A stretch of 64,000 nt of DNA from Bacillales bacterium UBA4682 (GCA_002404995.1 DHKY01000014.1:7524-71523), one strand, 5' to 3'. Positions 38,430 through 48,978 are shown, numbered from the stretch's first letter. The notes: generated by a model not told the origin, from the letters alone. Numbers and translations are program-made.

Positions 38430-38470
38430 AAAAAGCCTGCCTTAAAGTTCAAAGGCAGGCTTTTTGAGTT
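38430..38470. terminator. Bidirectional intrinsic terminator between convergent lipoprotein genes.
   Basis: AAAAAGCCTGCCTTtaaagttcaAAGGCAGGCTTTTT. Confidence 0.6.
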
Positions 38471-38477
38471 CAGAGGA

Positions 38478-40391
38478 TTAAGAAATACGGGTTGCCTTTA
38501 GCTGAACCCTGGCTCCGAATTCCTCGGAATTACCGGTAGCAAAGGAAATCTCAGCGTTTTTCCCGTTGTAGTAGAAGTCGGCGTTGTTGTTGGAATAAGT
38601 CCAGGTGACGCTACCATGGTCTAAGACAATCGTTGACCTCGTAAGGGAGACCGGACGATCTTGGAATCTTCCGTTCTCCAAGAACGTATAAGTGAAATCA
38701 TAGGCTTTGCCGACAATGAAAGTATATCCGGTTCCTTCCTTATTGAGAGTAAGAGTACCGGTTCCGTTCTCTTTATAAGTGACCGTAAAGGCATCCTTCA
38801 CCCTAGAAGAGTTATTCCTGGAAGGAACGTCTCCGACCCAGGAGCCGACAACATTGGCCTTCACTTCCGCAACTGTCTTCTTCTCTTCTACAAGATAGGA
38901 AACCGTAGTCTTGATGCTTGGATCCTTCTTGCTTCTTACTTCGACAGTTCCTTGTCCAAGTCCGATATTATGAAGAGAATAATATCCGTCATCGTCTTTC
39001 ACAACTTCGATGATATCTTGGGTGAGAGACACGACTTCGATTTCGTCTAAGGAATTATCCGGAGTCTTGGTGATATAGAGAGTCTCACTGTCTCCCTTAT
39101 AGTGGTAAGAAGAGTAGGTATTTGCCTTGATAGAAGTGAGCTTAGGAGAAACGACCTTGACAGAGACTTCTTTTTCAATTCCAGTTTCAGAAACAATTGT
39201 CAGTTTGGTTTCACCGACTCCGATTGCTTTGACAACTCCACTTGAGGCAACAGAGATGACATCATTATTGGTACTCTTCGTGATAGATAATTTGGAGTCA
39301 AGTGCTTTCTCAGGAACCACGGACTCAGCCTGAGCTTCGACATACCTGTTCACAGGGAAGGAAAGAGAGTCTTCTTTGTTCTTTTCGGTTCCGACTCCGT
39401 CCCAGGAGTAGAGGGCAGGAGTGTAATCCGTCCTGAAGTAATCGAGAGGATTGATGGCCTCTTTTCCTTGCCCCTTAAGAGCAGAATAGTCATAGCTGCC
39501 CTTGATTCCGAATTCAACGGATACTTGGTCTTTCGTCTCGCTTAGAAGATCAAGCTTTCCTGTGGCGTTGCCGTTTTCATCGGTCTCAGGCTGGTATTCC
39601 TGAAAATCATAGCTGTAAGAAGAAAGTCTTCCTTTGCTATCCAAAGTCAGATCGATGATGGCTGCAAATTTATACTTGTAGTCGCCGATCTGTTCTTCCC
39701 AGCCTTGGGTAAGATGATAGCTGACTAGATTGTCTTCAATCTTCGGCTCAATATCATCGACGCCAGCAATGATGTTCTTGCTGATCTTGGAAGCGTAGAA
39801 AGAATAGAGGGAATCTAATGCATTCAGATTCGTCTTTTTCTGATAGGTGGACAGATTGCTAGTTGAAACAGCCACCTTAGAAGCCTTGTCCTTCTCCTTG
39901 CCTTTTCCGTAGTCTAAGACGAAATAATAGGTACTGCCCTCGATCTGATTCAGGGAAAGATAAGTATCGTCTTCGATATCCTTATCGTCTTTGTAGTCAT
40001 AGGTTGTCGTCTTCTTCTCCGTTCCAGAGAGGAAGAGGGCGTGATTGGAAAACGCCTGTCCGTCTTCGCTCTTTTCCGTCACTTTGCTAGCATAGTAGCC
40101 AAGCTCATAGGAATAATAATCCCGATGATAGCTGACACCGGATTGGTTTTCCTCTTCCCGTGCCTGCTTGTTGAGATAATCAAAAAGCGAAGTTATCGTC
40201 TTGCTTGGCTCAAACTCAAGTCCGCTGCCTTGGCTGATAGAAGGAGTAACGCTTGTGGTTACTCTGTCACTCGCAGAGGGCTGTTCCGATACGGAAGGAG
40301 CAGAAGGAAGGGAAGGAGAAGATTGGGAGGAATTGGTGCATCCGCAAAGGGATAGAGAAAGGATCGATAAGATAATTAAATTCTTTTTCAT
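38478..40391 (-). CDS. Large surface lipoprotein (637 aa) with Big_2-like Ig domains.
   Basis: MKKNLIILSILSLSLCGC lipobox. S/P-rich linker. Ig-like repeats near the C-terminus. Confidence 0.6.
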   Translation of the reverse strand: MKKNLIILSILSLSLCGCTNSSQSSPSLPSAPSVSEQPSASDRVTTSVTPSISQGSGLEFEPSKTITSLFDYLNKQAREEENQSGVSYHRDYYSYELGYYASKVTEKSEDGQAFSNHALFLSGTEKKTTTYDYKDDKDIEDDTYLSLNQIEGSTYYFVLDYGKGKEKDKASKVAVSTSNLSTYQKKTNLNALDSLYSFYASKISKNIIAGVDDIEPKIEDNLVSYHLTQGWEEQIGDYKYKFAAIIDLTLDSKGRLSSYSYDFQEYQPETDENGNATGKLDLLSETKDQVSVEFGIKGSYDYSALKGQGKEAINPLDYFRTDYTPALYSWDGVGTEKNKEDSLSFPVNRYVEAQAESVVPEKALDSKLSITKSTNNDVISVASSGVVKAIGVGETKLTIVSETGIEKEVSVKVVSPKLTSIKANTYSSYHYKGDSETLYITKTPDNSLDEIEVVSLTQDIIEVVKDDDGYYSLHNIGLGQGTVEVRSKKDPSIKTTVSYLVEEKKTVAEVKANVVGSWVGDVPSRNNSSRVKDAFTVTYKENGTGTLTLNKEGTGYTFIVGKAYDFTYTFLENGRFQDRPVSLTRSTIVLDHGSVTWTYSNNNADFYYNGKNAEISFATGNSEEFGARVQLKATRIS

Positions 40392-40393
40392 TA

Positions 40394-42550
40394 TTAGTTG
40401 AAGCTCGAGAGGTCCTTGCGTTCTTCGCCTTTCCTAGAAAGAGTGAAGGTAGAAGAACCGGAATAGAGATAATTGATGAAGGTTCCAGTCGCCTCATCTT
40501 CACTAATAGCAGAGAAGGAAGTGAAGCCACGGTTGGTGTAGTAGCTGCCTTCGGCACCGATAATAGTGAAAGTCAAGGTAGCATCATCATAAGTCCAGGT
40601 GAAGCTTGCTTCGCTTTCGTAATAGCTGTACCTTCCATTCGAGGCTGTCTTGTACTTACCGGTTCCATCATCGCTGAAGTTGACGACACCTTTGAAATCG
40701 CTGCTTTCTCCATAGAAGGTCTTGCTTAAGACGTTCGCTTTGAAGGTGGCAGAGTTCGGTTTTTCGATGACATTGAAGGAAATTGTCTCCTTGATTTCAG
40801 CATTCTCAGCAGAAGCGACAACATAGGAAGCCTTTCCTAACTTCGTTCCTTTGACTAAATAAGAACCATCATCCTGCTTAGTGAATTCGGCTTCACCGAC
40901 CGAATCTTCGCTCTTAACAAAGGTGACTGCCTGATTTGCTTTCTCCGGAAGGACAGAAACGGTCCTTGCAGCCGTTTCATTGAGATAGATATTGCTCGGT
41001 GCCTTGATAGAAAGAGAGGCTGCCTTTGGCTGGATAGAGGAAATCTTGATTTTCTTTTCCTTCCCGAAGCCGTTATCAAAGACAAGGGTGAATTCTCCTT
41101 CTTTCAGGACAGCAAGGGTCTTCGTATCCACAAAGCCTTCTCCTTCTTCGACGCCTTTCAGATGTGGAAGAATCAAAGTAGGCTTGTTATCCTTCGGAAG
41201 GAAAGTGAAAGACAAGGTCGATCCGTTTTCGACAACGATCTTGGCACTGTCGGTGGCATGTTCCTCATCGGAGAGTGTGTAGTTGATGGAAACGTCATAG
41301 TCGTCCCTGGCAAAAGAGGAAATATCGCTCTTAGCTAACGTGGGCTTATATCCGCGTTCACTTGTAATCTGATAGGTTCCCTTTGCGGTCCCTTTAGCAG
41401 TATCAAGCGGAAGCTTTGTTGCTTCATCGCACTCATTCTCATCATAGCTGACTTTGCTAAGCTTTGCTTCCTTCAAGAAGCAATCCCCATCCCTAGTGAA
41501 GGAGATGTTGTAGACATCCGTCCCAGACCAGGAAGTATAGTAAGCCTTTAAGTCAAACGATACGCTCTTCTTGTCCTGGGAGATGGATTTATTGATATCC
41601 TTTAGATAATAGTTGTAGCTAGAAAGAGAATCTTCATAGTCCTTCAGGGCATAGGTTGCATTATCGGCAAAGAACCTGTTATAGATGTTCTTGGCTCCGC
41701 CGAACGAAGAATATCCGGCTTTGGCGTCGCTCTCTTTGATGTAGTCGAGTCCAACGGATTCACTGTCATCCGAAATGATTCCCTTAAAGGAATATGAAGT
41801 GGAAACTTCCGGAGAGCCTCCCAATGTAGAAGTTGAAGTGATCGAGTAGTAAGTGTCACCCTGTTTTCCGTTCTCCTGGGAATAGAAAGTGGAATAGCTA
41901 TCGCTGCTATTGCTCCTCTGGTGTCCTTTCACGACTAGAACATCGTTCTTTCCTGCCTCGATATCATAGTCATAATAGGAAACCCTTCCGGAGAAGTTGT
42001 CGTTGATGACCTTTCCTTTTTTGAAGTAGGTGCCTTCAACACTCCTAGCTTTGCTGAAATAGGATTTGAATGAAGCCACATTGTTCGGAAGTGAAGAAAC
42101 ATCGACATCTTTCACTTCTAGGATAGAAGGATCACCCAAGGCTTCGGATTTGACTTCGATTTCGACATCATGATTCGGCCTAGTGAAAAGATAGCTGCTT
42201 CCATTCTGAGCAAGATAGCAGGAAGAAGAAGTAACGGAAAGGATTTCTTCTTCACTGCTTGCTATGGTGAAGGAAATTCCTTCTCCGGGAAGAGCCTTGC
42301 CATCGTTTAGTCCAGTGACTTCAACACTGACTTTGTCGCTCTTAGTGAAAGAAACAGCATACTTGGTCTCTTCCTTGACACTTGCACTTGCGCTTGCAGT
42401 ATCTTCCTTAGAGGAAGAAATCGGAGCCGTAACAGACGGAGTTTCGGAAGGAAGAGCGGAAACACTGCTACTATTGCCTCCGCAGGAAGCAAGTGACCTG
42501 CTTCCTAAGGTAAGAAGAGAGAATAGGAATTTCTTTTTGTTTGTCTTCAT
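40394..42550 (-). CDS. Large surface lipoprotein (718 aa) with Big-like domains.
   Basis: MKTNKKKFLFSLLTLGSRSLASCGG lipobox. Starts 3 bp downstream of the upstream gene. Confidence 0.6.
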   Translation of the reverse strand: MKTNKKKFLFSLLTLGSRSLASCGGNSSSVSALPSETPSVTAPISSSKEDTASASASVKEETKYAVSFTKSDKVSVEVTGLNDGKALPGEGISFTIASSEEEILSVTSSSCYLAQNGSSYLFTRPNHDVEIEVKSEALGDPSILEVKDVDVSSLPNNVASFKSYFSKARSVEGTYFKKGKVINDNFSGRVSYYDYDIEAGKNDVLVVKGHQRSNSSDSYSTFYSQENGKQGDTYYSITSTSTLGGSPEVSTSYSFKGIISDDSESVGLDYIKESDAKAGYSSFGGAKNIYNRFFADNATYALKDYEDSLSSYNYYLKDINKSISQDKKSVSFDLKAYYTSWSGTDVYNISFTRDGDCFLKEAKLSKVSYDENECDEATKLPLDTAKGTAKGTYQITSERGYKPTLAKSDISSFARDDYDVSINYTLSDEEHATDSAKIVVENGSTLSFTFLPKDNKPTLILPHLKGVEEGEGFVDTKTLAVLKEGEFTLVFDNGFGKEKKIKISSIQPKAASLSIKAPSNIYLNETAARTVSVLPEKANQAVTFVKSEDSVGEAEFTKQDDGSYLVKGTKLGKASYVVASAENAEIKETISFNVIEKPNSATFKANVLSKTFYGESSDFKGVVNFSDDGTGKYKTASNGRYSYYESEASFTWTYDDATLTFTIIGAEGSYYTNRGFTSFSAISEDEATGTFINYLYSGSSTFTLSRKGEERKDLSSFN

Positions 42551-43005
42551 ATTGATTATCTCCTTTATAAATGAATATCAAAAAGTTCATCCGGCTTTTC
42601 ATAGTAGATTCGATTTTAATAGCCAAGAACTTAAAGCTATTCAGTTTACTAAAAATAATATATTAAATCAAGGAAAGGACCAGCCGATTCTTTTGCCAAA
42701 GGGCTTTAAAAACAGGAAAAGTATCTTTACCTGTTTAATACGCCCTATGAAATATCAATCTTATCTAATTACTTGAATTTGTTCTTCTTTTGCTGACTTT
42801 AATAATCAACTATTATATTTAAGAGAAGGACAAACTATCCTATCGCTTTTATTTTTTTCTTTCAGAAGGAATCTTTTTCGAACATAATTCCTATCGCCAG
42901 AAAACAATTGTATTTTTAGCACAATTTTTCACTTAAAATGAAATTATTCTTTACTCTCTTTTTTCTATACCTATAATAATTAAAAAAAGGGGGGGTAATA
43001 TTCTC

Positions 43006-44256
43006 ATGAAGAAAAAAGGCAAAGAGATGATATTATTGGCTGTTTCAATGCCGTTATTATTAGGCAGTTCCACAGAAGAAAGCCTTCCCAAAAAAGATGA
43101 TCCATATGAAACTGCTGGTTTCATTGTTAAGAACCTTGAAAAGTTTGTTTCTGAATATAACAAATCAAAGTCTGAAAATGGTATTGATGGTCCAGACTGG
43201 CTAGCATCTTCAGTAGAAGGAACCGCTAAAGGAATAGATATTGATGATAATAGTGATTGCATATATTTAGACTTCAATAACGATAACGGGTATGCGTTAG
43301 TCAGCAAAGATTATGAGATTTTAGACAGGTCAATCAGTCGTGATCTTGAGTTTGCTAAGGATGCAGATTGTCTGTATTGGTCCTCTTATGATGGATTTGT
43401 TTATTTAGAGGAAGACGATGACAATGAAAAGCATTATGTTAGTTATGAAACTTCTTTTCTAGACAATAACGAACTGAAAGAAATTGCTTTTCAAGGATAT
43501 CTGGGGCAAGTGAAAGGATATTCGGATGGGAGCGATGGTATTGAGGATATTTCGCCTTATAGGGAGGCAAGATACGGCAAAGGATGGTCATTCTCGTCTA
43601 ATGAATCAAAAACCATCTATAATTTTCAAAATGTAAATCAAGATGATTATGCCGTTGATTTAAAAGAGGGAAACTGTACACTTTCAGCCTATTTCGGAAT
43701 TTTCCGATATTTGCATGATTATGGTGGATTCAGTCAACTTCCCATGGAGTCATCGACTATTTTCTCTATCTTGGATTCAAAAGCATCTAAAGAAGTTCCG
43801 AAAACTTATGCCCTTTTGAGAGAAAACGCGAGGCAATACGGATACACTGACGGATCTTCCGCATGGACTTCTAGGAACATGGTAGTTTGGGGACGAAAAA
43901 CATTATCCGACTTAGGATACAAAGACAAATGGTACAAAACACTTATTAAACGGTATGTTTCATGGTCATTTGGACAACAGGTTGTAAAGAATATCAATCT
44001 AGGTTATCCTGTTATGTGGAACCAGGCAAGAGGAAACTATAACTGTCATTCCATGGTTTGTAAGGGTTATAAAACTTACAAGAAAACCAGTGGTTGGTTT
44101 ATTTTCTCTCATACAGAGAAGAAACACTTCATGGTCATCAATAACAACTGGGACACCAATCGGGATTATTATATCGACTTTGATGGTTATTCATCGGACT
44201 TAGTCAATGAAGGATTCGGAACATTTACAGTAGTGAGAGACAAAGCATGGTTTTAA
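43006..44256 (+). CDS. Secreted papain-like cysteine peptidase candidate (C10/C47-like Cys...His...Asn arrangement).
   Basis: Signal peptide. Putative nucleophile KEGNCTLSAYFGIF. Putative His in NYNCHSMVCKGY. Asn/Asp in VINNNWD. An A7G7 tract lies in the RBS. Confidence 0.4.
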   Translation: MKKKGKEMILLAVSMPLLLGSSTEESLPKKDDPYETAGFIVKNLEKFVSEYNKSKSENGIDGPDWLASSVEGTAKGIDIDDNSDCIYLDFNNDNGYALVSKDYEILDRSISRDLEFAKDADCLYWSSYDGFVYLEEDDDNEKHYVSYETSFLDNNELKEIAFQGYLGQVKGYSDGSDGIEDISPYREARYGKGWSFSSNESKTIYNFQNVNQDDYAVDLKEGNCTLSAYFGIFRYLHDYGGFSQLPMESSTIFSILDSKASKEVPKTYALLRENARQYGYTDGSSAWTSRNMVVWGRKTLSDLGYKDKWYKTLIKRYVSWSFGQQVVKNINLGYPVMWNQARGNYNCHSMVCKGYKTYKKTSGWFIFSHTEKKHFMVINNNWDTNRDYYIDFDGYSSDLVNEGFGTFTVVRDKAWF

Positions 44257-44858
44257 AGAAAAAATTTATTCTACTATCGATGGGGTTCTGCCTGCTTACC
44301 GGATGTGATTCCCGTGGCAGGTATAGACGAGCAGACGGATTTGTTTTTTATGGGGAAAGCACAGAGATTTGTCTCCAAACGAAGTCACAGACTATAACTG
44401 ATTCCTATGAATGTACCGAATTAGCTAAAATTACGAACGAAAAAATCGACTTTATCGATGATGGGGAACAATATGTAGCTTATGCGACGGTTAAGATCAT
44501 TCCTTCTATCCAGGACTTTATTCTTAGCAAACAACAAATTCGTTTTTGGGTAATTCCTCCTAACCGAAGCAATTGCGAAGACAATGAAAGTTCCTGCCTT
44601 CCAAAGAACATGCCGAAAGAATCGAATGACGAAAAGAACATTGAAGTTAATGGTTTAGATATTTTCACAACAAAGCTGAACCAAGAAATAGACTACACCT
44701 TCTGTTTCCTTTATCCTTATGCGGAATATTCAATAAATGATTTTGTCATTAAAGATCTGTTTTCCTCTGCCTTAGAAGTAAAAACAGGTCACTTCAATTC
44801 TTCAGCCTATTTTGTTCCCCTGACAAGAGAGGAACATTTGAAATGTTTAGGATACTGA
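44247..44858 (+). CDS. Small lipoprotein translationally coupled (ATGGTTTTAA overlap) to the upstream peptidase gene.
   Basis: MVLKKKFILLSMGFCLLTGC lipobox. Its start overlaps the upstream stop. Confidence 0.45.
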   Translation: MVLKKKFILLSMGFCLLTGCDSRGRYRRADGFVFYGESTEICLQTKSQTITDSYECTELAKITNEKIDFIDDGEQYVAYATVKIIPSIQDFILSKQQIRFWVIPPNRSNCEDNESSCLPKNMPKESNDEKNIEVNGLDIFTTKLNQEIDYTFCFLYPYAEYSINDFVIKDLFSSALEVKTGHFNSSAYFVPLTREEHLKCLGY

Positions 44859-45043
44859 ATAATAAGTCTCTCTAGTTCACGATGCTTCTCATCAATACAT
44901 TAACAAGATTAATTTCCATACTAAAAACCTCTGTGGAAAGAATGTAGTATCTACTTTTTCCTCTTTTTTCAGGAAATTGGTTGGTAGAGTGAACCACTTA
45001 CAGCTTGATTTTTTTAAAAGTGCAATCTAAATTACTAATTGTT

Positions 45044-45874
45044 ATGCTAAACCAGTATTCGCGCAGTGCTCTTCTCGTCGGAAGAGAAAAGCTCCACAAG
45101 CTCTGGAATAAGAGAGTCATCATCTTCGGTGTCGGTGGTGTCGGCGGAAACGTCGTCGAAGCCTTGGCCAGATTCGGTATCGGTTCCTTTGATTTAGTCG
45201 ATGACGATTTGGTCTGTCTAACTAACATCAACCGTCAGATTCTAGCAACAAGAAAAACTTACGGTAGATATAAAATCGATGTCGCTGAGGAAAGAATCCA
45301 CGATATCAATCCGAAAATCATCGTGAACAAACATCAGACTTTCTATCTTCCAGACAAGAAAGAAGAGTTTGATTTCTCATCTTTCGACTATGTGATTGAT
45401 GCCCTGGATACTGTCACTGCCAAGCTTTCCATTATTGAAAGCGCAAAGAAAGCAAATGTTCCGGTTATTTCAGCTAGGGGATGCGGAAACCGGCTTGATC
45501 CTACAAAGTTAGTTTTGTGTGATATATTTCAAACCAAAAGGGATCCGCTTAGCAAAGTCAGGCGCCGTGAACTACGGAAAAGAGGAATCACTTCCCTGAA
45601 AGTCGTTGCCTCTACGGAGCCTCCGACAAGACCGGATGAAAAAGAAACAGAGGATTCCTGCCTCTACCATTGTGTCTGCCCTCCGAACACAAAACGGAAA
45701 TGCACGGATCGGAGAGATATTCCTGGCTCTACCAGTTTTGTTCCACCGGTAGCCGGTACTCTCATTGCCTACCAAGTCGCCAAAGATTTGATGGAGACAG
45801 AAGAAGACCCTGAAAACCAAAGAGAAGACAATCCGTTTATTCAGGATAAGAGACCATCTTCTCATAATCTCTGA
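45044..45874 (+). CDS. tcdA: tRNA threonylcarbamoyladenosine dehydratase (TcdA/CsdL, ThiF/MoeB E1-like).
   Basis: VIIFGVGGVGGNVVEALARFGIGSFDLVDDDLVCLTNINRQ is a Rossmann E1-like motif typical of TcdA. Confidence 0.7.
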   Translation: MLNQYSRSALLVGREKLHKLWNKRVIIFGVGGVGGNVVEALARFGIGSFDLVDDDLVCLTNINRQILATRKTYGRYKIDVAEERIHDINPKIIVNKHQTFYLPDKKEEFDFSSFDYVIDALDTVTAKLSIIESAKKANVPVISARGCGNRLDPTKLVLCDIFQTKRDPLSKVRRRELRKRGITSLKVVASTEPPTRPDEKETEDSCLYHCVCPPNTKRKCTDRRDIPGSTSFVPPVAGTLIAYQVAKDLMETEEDPENQREDNPFIQDKRPSSHNL

Positions 45875-46805
45875 TAGCAAGCAAACAACAGTCTCTTAAA
45901 AACGGTCTGTATTTATCTACTTGATAATAAGCTTTCAGTAAATAGCTGCCTTGATTAAAAATCTAAGAATGCATTGAAACTGAAAACTTATTTTTAATAT
46001 CAGAAAGATAGTCAATCCGTGGAACAAAGATTTTCCTATATTTCTTCAATAGGAACGCACAGAAGTAAGAAAAAGTGTAGATTTTATTCTGATAACCCAT
46101 ATTCTTCACTGACAGCTTTAAGCCAAACCCGATGTCAATACTTATCCGATGAAATAAGTGCCCGAAGTGGCTTTGAATTACCGTTCTTAACTTTGACTTT
46201 TCTTAGGATTATTTCTGTAATAATAAAGCTTAGGCTCAGCTTAGACAAGTGCTTTTGCAAAAATGAATTCTTATTGGAGTGTTAAAAATATCAAAAATCA
46301 GTCACTTTTTGCAAAAATGTTCTCCCAATTTTCTTTTTATTGTGAATATCTCTGCAAAAAGTAAACATATTTTCTGCCTTAAAGCACATTTTTATAGCGA
46401 AAAAGCAGACTTCTTAGCACATTTTTCAAACGAGAGTTCAAAAGTCTGTATGTGTTCTCAAAAGTAGACTTCCCTCTGAAAGACTGCTTCGGAAAGGTCT
46501 AAAATAGTGTTTCAAGATTCTAGCCAATACGTTATTCTTGGCAAACTTTTTCCTATTAAAACGCTAACCGTATGTAATGGTTTTGATTGTTCTAATTTTC
46601 AAAAAAGTCAAATGATCGAATGGAGTTCTTTTTATAGCTCCAAGCTAATAGTTTGCCTTGACTTCCTTTCGATATACATTTCCTATTTGTTGACCATCAT
46701 TGATTGCTTCGAACTTCAGCTAAAGGTTTCTTTCATTTGACAAATGAGTTTAGGCATAGCTAAATTTGTTATAATATCTATGATGTTTTTTTGGGAGGAA
46801 TCATT

Positions 46806-47456
46806 ATGAAGAAAAGAATTATCATTCCGTTGTTTATTCTAACCAGTCTTCTTTCTGGTTGTGGGAAAACAAATCTTAAAAGCCTTGTGACTGGAAAAAT
46901 CGATTGTTTTTCTATCTCAGTAACAAACGGTGGAACTAAGATTTTTTCAGAAGAGTATAGTTCTTCCTACAATGGGGTTTATGAGTATAGAGACAATGAA
47001 GGAAAATCCATATTCCTCAGCCATCATCTCATTGGTACTTCCTCTAATTACGGAACAAGCGAAGAAGCAGAAATTCATGTGTTTGAGAGCAGATACAAGG
47101 AGCAATACTCAATTTATACCTTCTATAGTTTTATCGGCTGGCTAACAGTTGAGAACAACTATTATTATGATTTAGACGAAAACATTATCGATTGTGAAAC
47201 AAAATGGAGTCAGTATCTCTACGAAAAAGATCCCGGCGAGGAAAAAGGAGATAACGAAAAAGCCTATCAATGCGCTAAAAATTGTTATTTTCAAATAAAT
47301 ACAATTGGCTATCCGTTTCTGTTGCCAAAAGACTCTTCTTCAGGTAATTTCTATTACACTCTGAAAAAAGATAGGGAAGAGAGTTCTTTAGAACGTCACT
47401 CCTATATTCATCTCGGAAAAGATGATATGGTTTCTTATAAAGAAAAGTGGTTCTAA
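46806..47456 (+). CDS. Small lipoprotein, paralog of 55504..56133.
   Basis: MKKRIIIPLFILTSLLSGC lipobox. Shares IDC..I.VT.GG......YSSS.G.VYEYR.E.G.SI.LS....GT with the 55504 gene. Confidence 0.6.
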   Translation: MKKRIIIPLFILTSLLSGCGKTNLKSLVTGKIDCFSISVTNGGTKIFSEEYSSSYNGVYEYRDNEGKSIFLSHHLIGTSSNYGTSEEAEIHVFESRYKEQYSIYTFYSFIGWLTVENNYYYDLDENIIDCETKWSQYLYEKDPGEEKGDNEKAYQCAKNCYFQINTIGYPFLLPKDSSSGNFYYTLKKDREESSLERHSYIHLGKDDMVSYKEKWF

Positions 47457-47484
47457 TCACAATAGAAAAGAAGACAAAAAGGAA

Positions 47485-48087
47485 ATGAATTTAAAAGAAT
47501 ATCATCAAGTTAAGGATAGAACATATTTGGACTACTGCTATTATCTGCAGAAAAAATACGATATTCCTAAATCACCTTACTTTACGAAAAAATGGGTAAA
47601 AACTAAGGGATTATCCAGAACAAGCGAAGGTTTGTTCATTCACCACATCTACGAAGATCATGCCATCAGGCTCGGTGACCCCATATACGCATGTCACAAT
47701 CCATATCAATGGCAGATGCCAGAGAATCTTGCCTATTGTGATTTCCTAGAGCACCTTTTCCTTCACATTCTGATTTGCGAATACCCCTCCCCAGAACACA
47801 ACAAGAATGAAATAGTAGGGGTCGGAGGTGTTGTAAATTTCCTTGTTCCTGAACTTAACGATGTCTATTCGGGATTTGAACCTAAACTCCGATGGAAGCA
47901 AAACTGCTATAACGCAGTCATCATGGATAAAGATGTTTTCTTTGAACTTGTAAAACGCTTCAAACACAATGGTGACAGTGCTATCCGCCTTTATGAAGAC
48001 AGACTCTATCGAAGTTACAACGAATCGTTTGAACTTTGGTCCGCTGAGAAAGATAAAGATATCATTTCAGTCTTAAAGGAACTTTAA
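47485..48087 (+). CDS. Hypothetical cytoplasmic protein (200 aa) located just upstream of an orphan DinJ antitoxin gene.
   Basis: Intact ORF (start taken at MNLKEY). No known motif except HHIYEDH. It ends 52 bp before the dinJ-like gene. Confidence 0.4.
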   Translation: MNLKEYHQVKDRTYLDYCYYLQKKYDIPKSPYFTKKWVKTKGLSRTSEGLFIHHIYEDHAIRLGDPIYACHNPYQWQMPENLAYCDFLEHLFLHILICEYPSPEHNKNEIVGVGGVVNFLVPELNDVYSGFEPKLRWKQNCYNAVIMDKDVFFELVKRFKHNGDSAIRLYEDRLYRSYNESFELWSAEKDKDIISVLKEL

Positions 48088-48139
48088 TCAAAAACATTCT
48101 CAGTAAAAAACAACTCAATAAAAAGGAGAAATCTATCTA

Positions 48140-48382
48140 ATGCCAAGAATTGATTTTACAATCCAAATAGACCCAGAAATCAAAAAAGAAGCAGAAGCTG
48201 TCTTTGAGGATTTGGGCTTAAGCTTCAACAATGGACTCGATTTGCTTTTACGTCAGGTAATAAAAGAAAGACGAATTACTATTGCAGTTCCTGAGCCCAC
48301 TCAAGACGAGACCTCAGATCGTAAGCCATCCACCAAGGAACTTAATAATTACAGGATGCTATTCAGAGAAATCGATAAATAA
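48140..48382 (+). CDS. RelB/DinJ-family antitoxin (no canonical toxin downstream).
   Basis: MPRIDFTIQIDPEIKKEAEAVFEDLGLSFNNGLDLLLRQVIKERRI is the DinJ RHH signature. Confidence 0.7.
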   Translation: MPRIDFTIQIDPEIKKEAEAVFEDLGLSFNNGLDLLLRQVIKERRITIAVPEPTQDETSDRKPSTKELNNYRMLFREIDK

Positions 48383-48480
48383 TGAATTCTTGAGTAAAAG
48401 GAATATTTCTTTTCAGTGTATTTCCAGGAAACAAAAGAGAACACGGGTCCATATGATAAAATAGAAGCGAGGACACACAC

Positions 48481-48978
48481 ATGAACAAGAAATTATTATC
48501 CCTTCTGTTACCCGTATTCAGGCTTACAGGCTGTTCCAATCCGATTGATATCAGGGTGCAATACGGAGACGGAAAAATCGAAGATGATGAAATAGGAGTC
48601 AGCTATCGCATTGACGAACAGAGGAAAGACGGTTATGAAATCAAAGGCTATTCCTATGCTGCTAAGAATGCAAGACTGAGTGATAAGACCTACTTTTCCT
48701 TAGTCGACGTCTCTCCTCTTTACTCCGAATCCTATAACGAACATCTCCTTATCTCCTTCCGGAAACAGGACTATACGAAGAAAGACGATGGAACTTATCG
48801 CATTGACTTTACAATTAAATTGGAAAAGCTCTCCGATTATTTCGATAAAACAGATACCAATAAGAAAGCTTCTTTCTTTATCCATGGGGACGACTTCAAC
48901 CGCAGTGATATAACCACTTATAGCACGAGCGACTTCGAATACACCTTTGATGGTACAACTCTGAAGATTACCAAATAA
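48481..48978 (+). CDS. Small lipoprotein (165 aa).
   Basis: MNKKLLSLLLPVFRLTGC lipobox. Confidence 0.5.
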   Translation: MNKKLLSLLLPVFRLTGCSNPIDIRVQYGDGKIEDDEIGVSYRIDEQRKDGYEIKGYSYAAKNARLSDKTYFSLVDVSPLYSESYNEHLLISFRKQDYTKKDDGTYRIDFTIKLEKLSDYFDKTDTNKKASFFIHGDDFNRSDITTYSTSDFEYTFDGTTLKITK

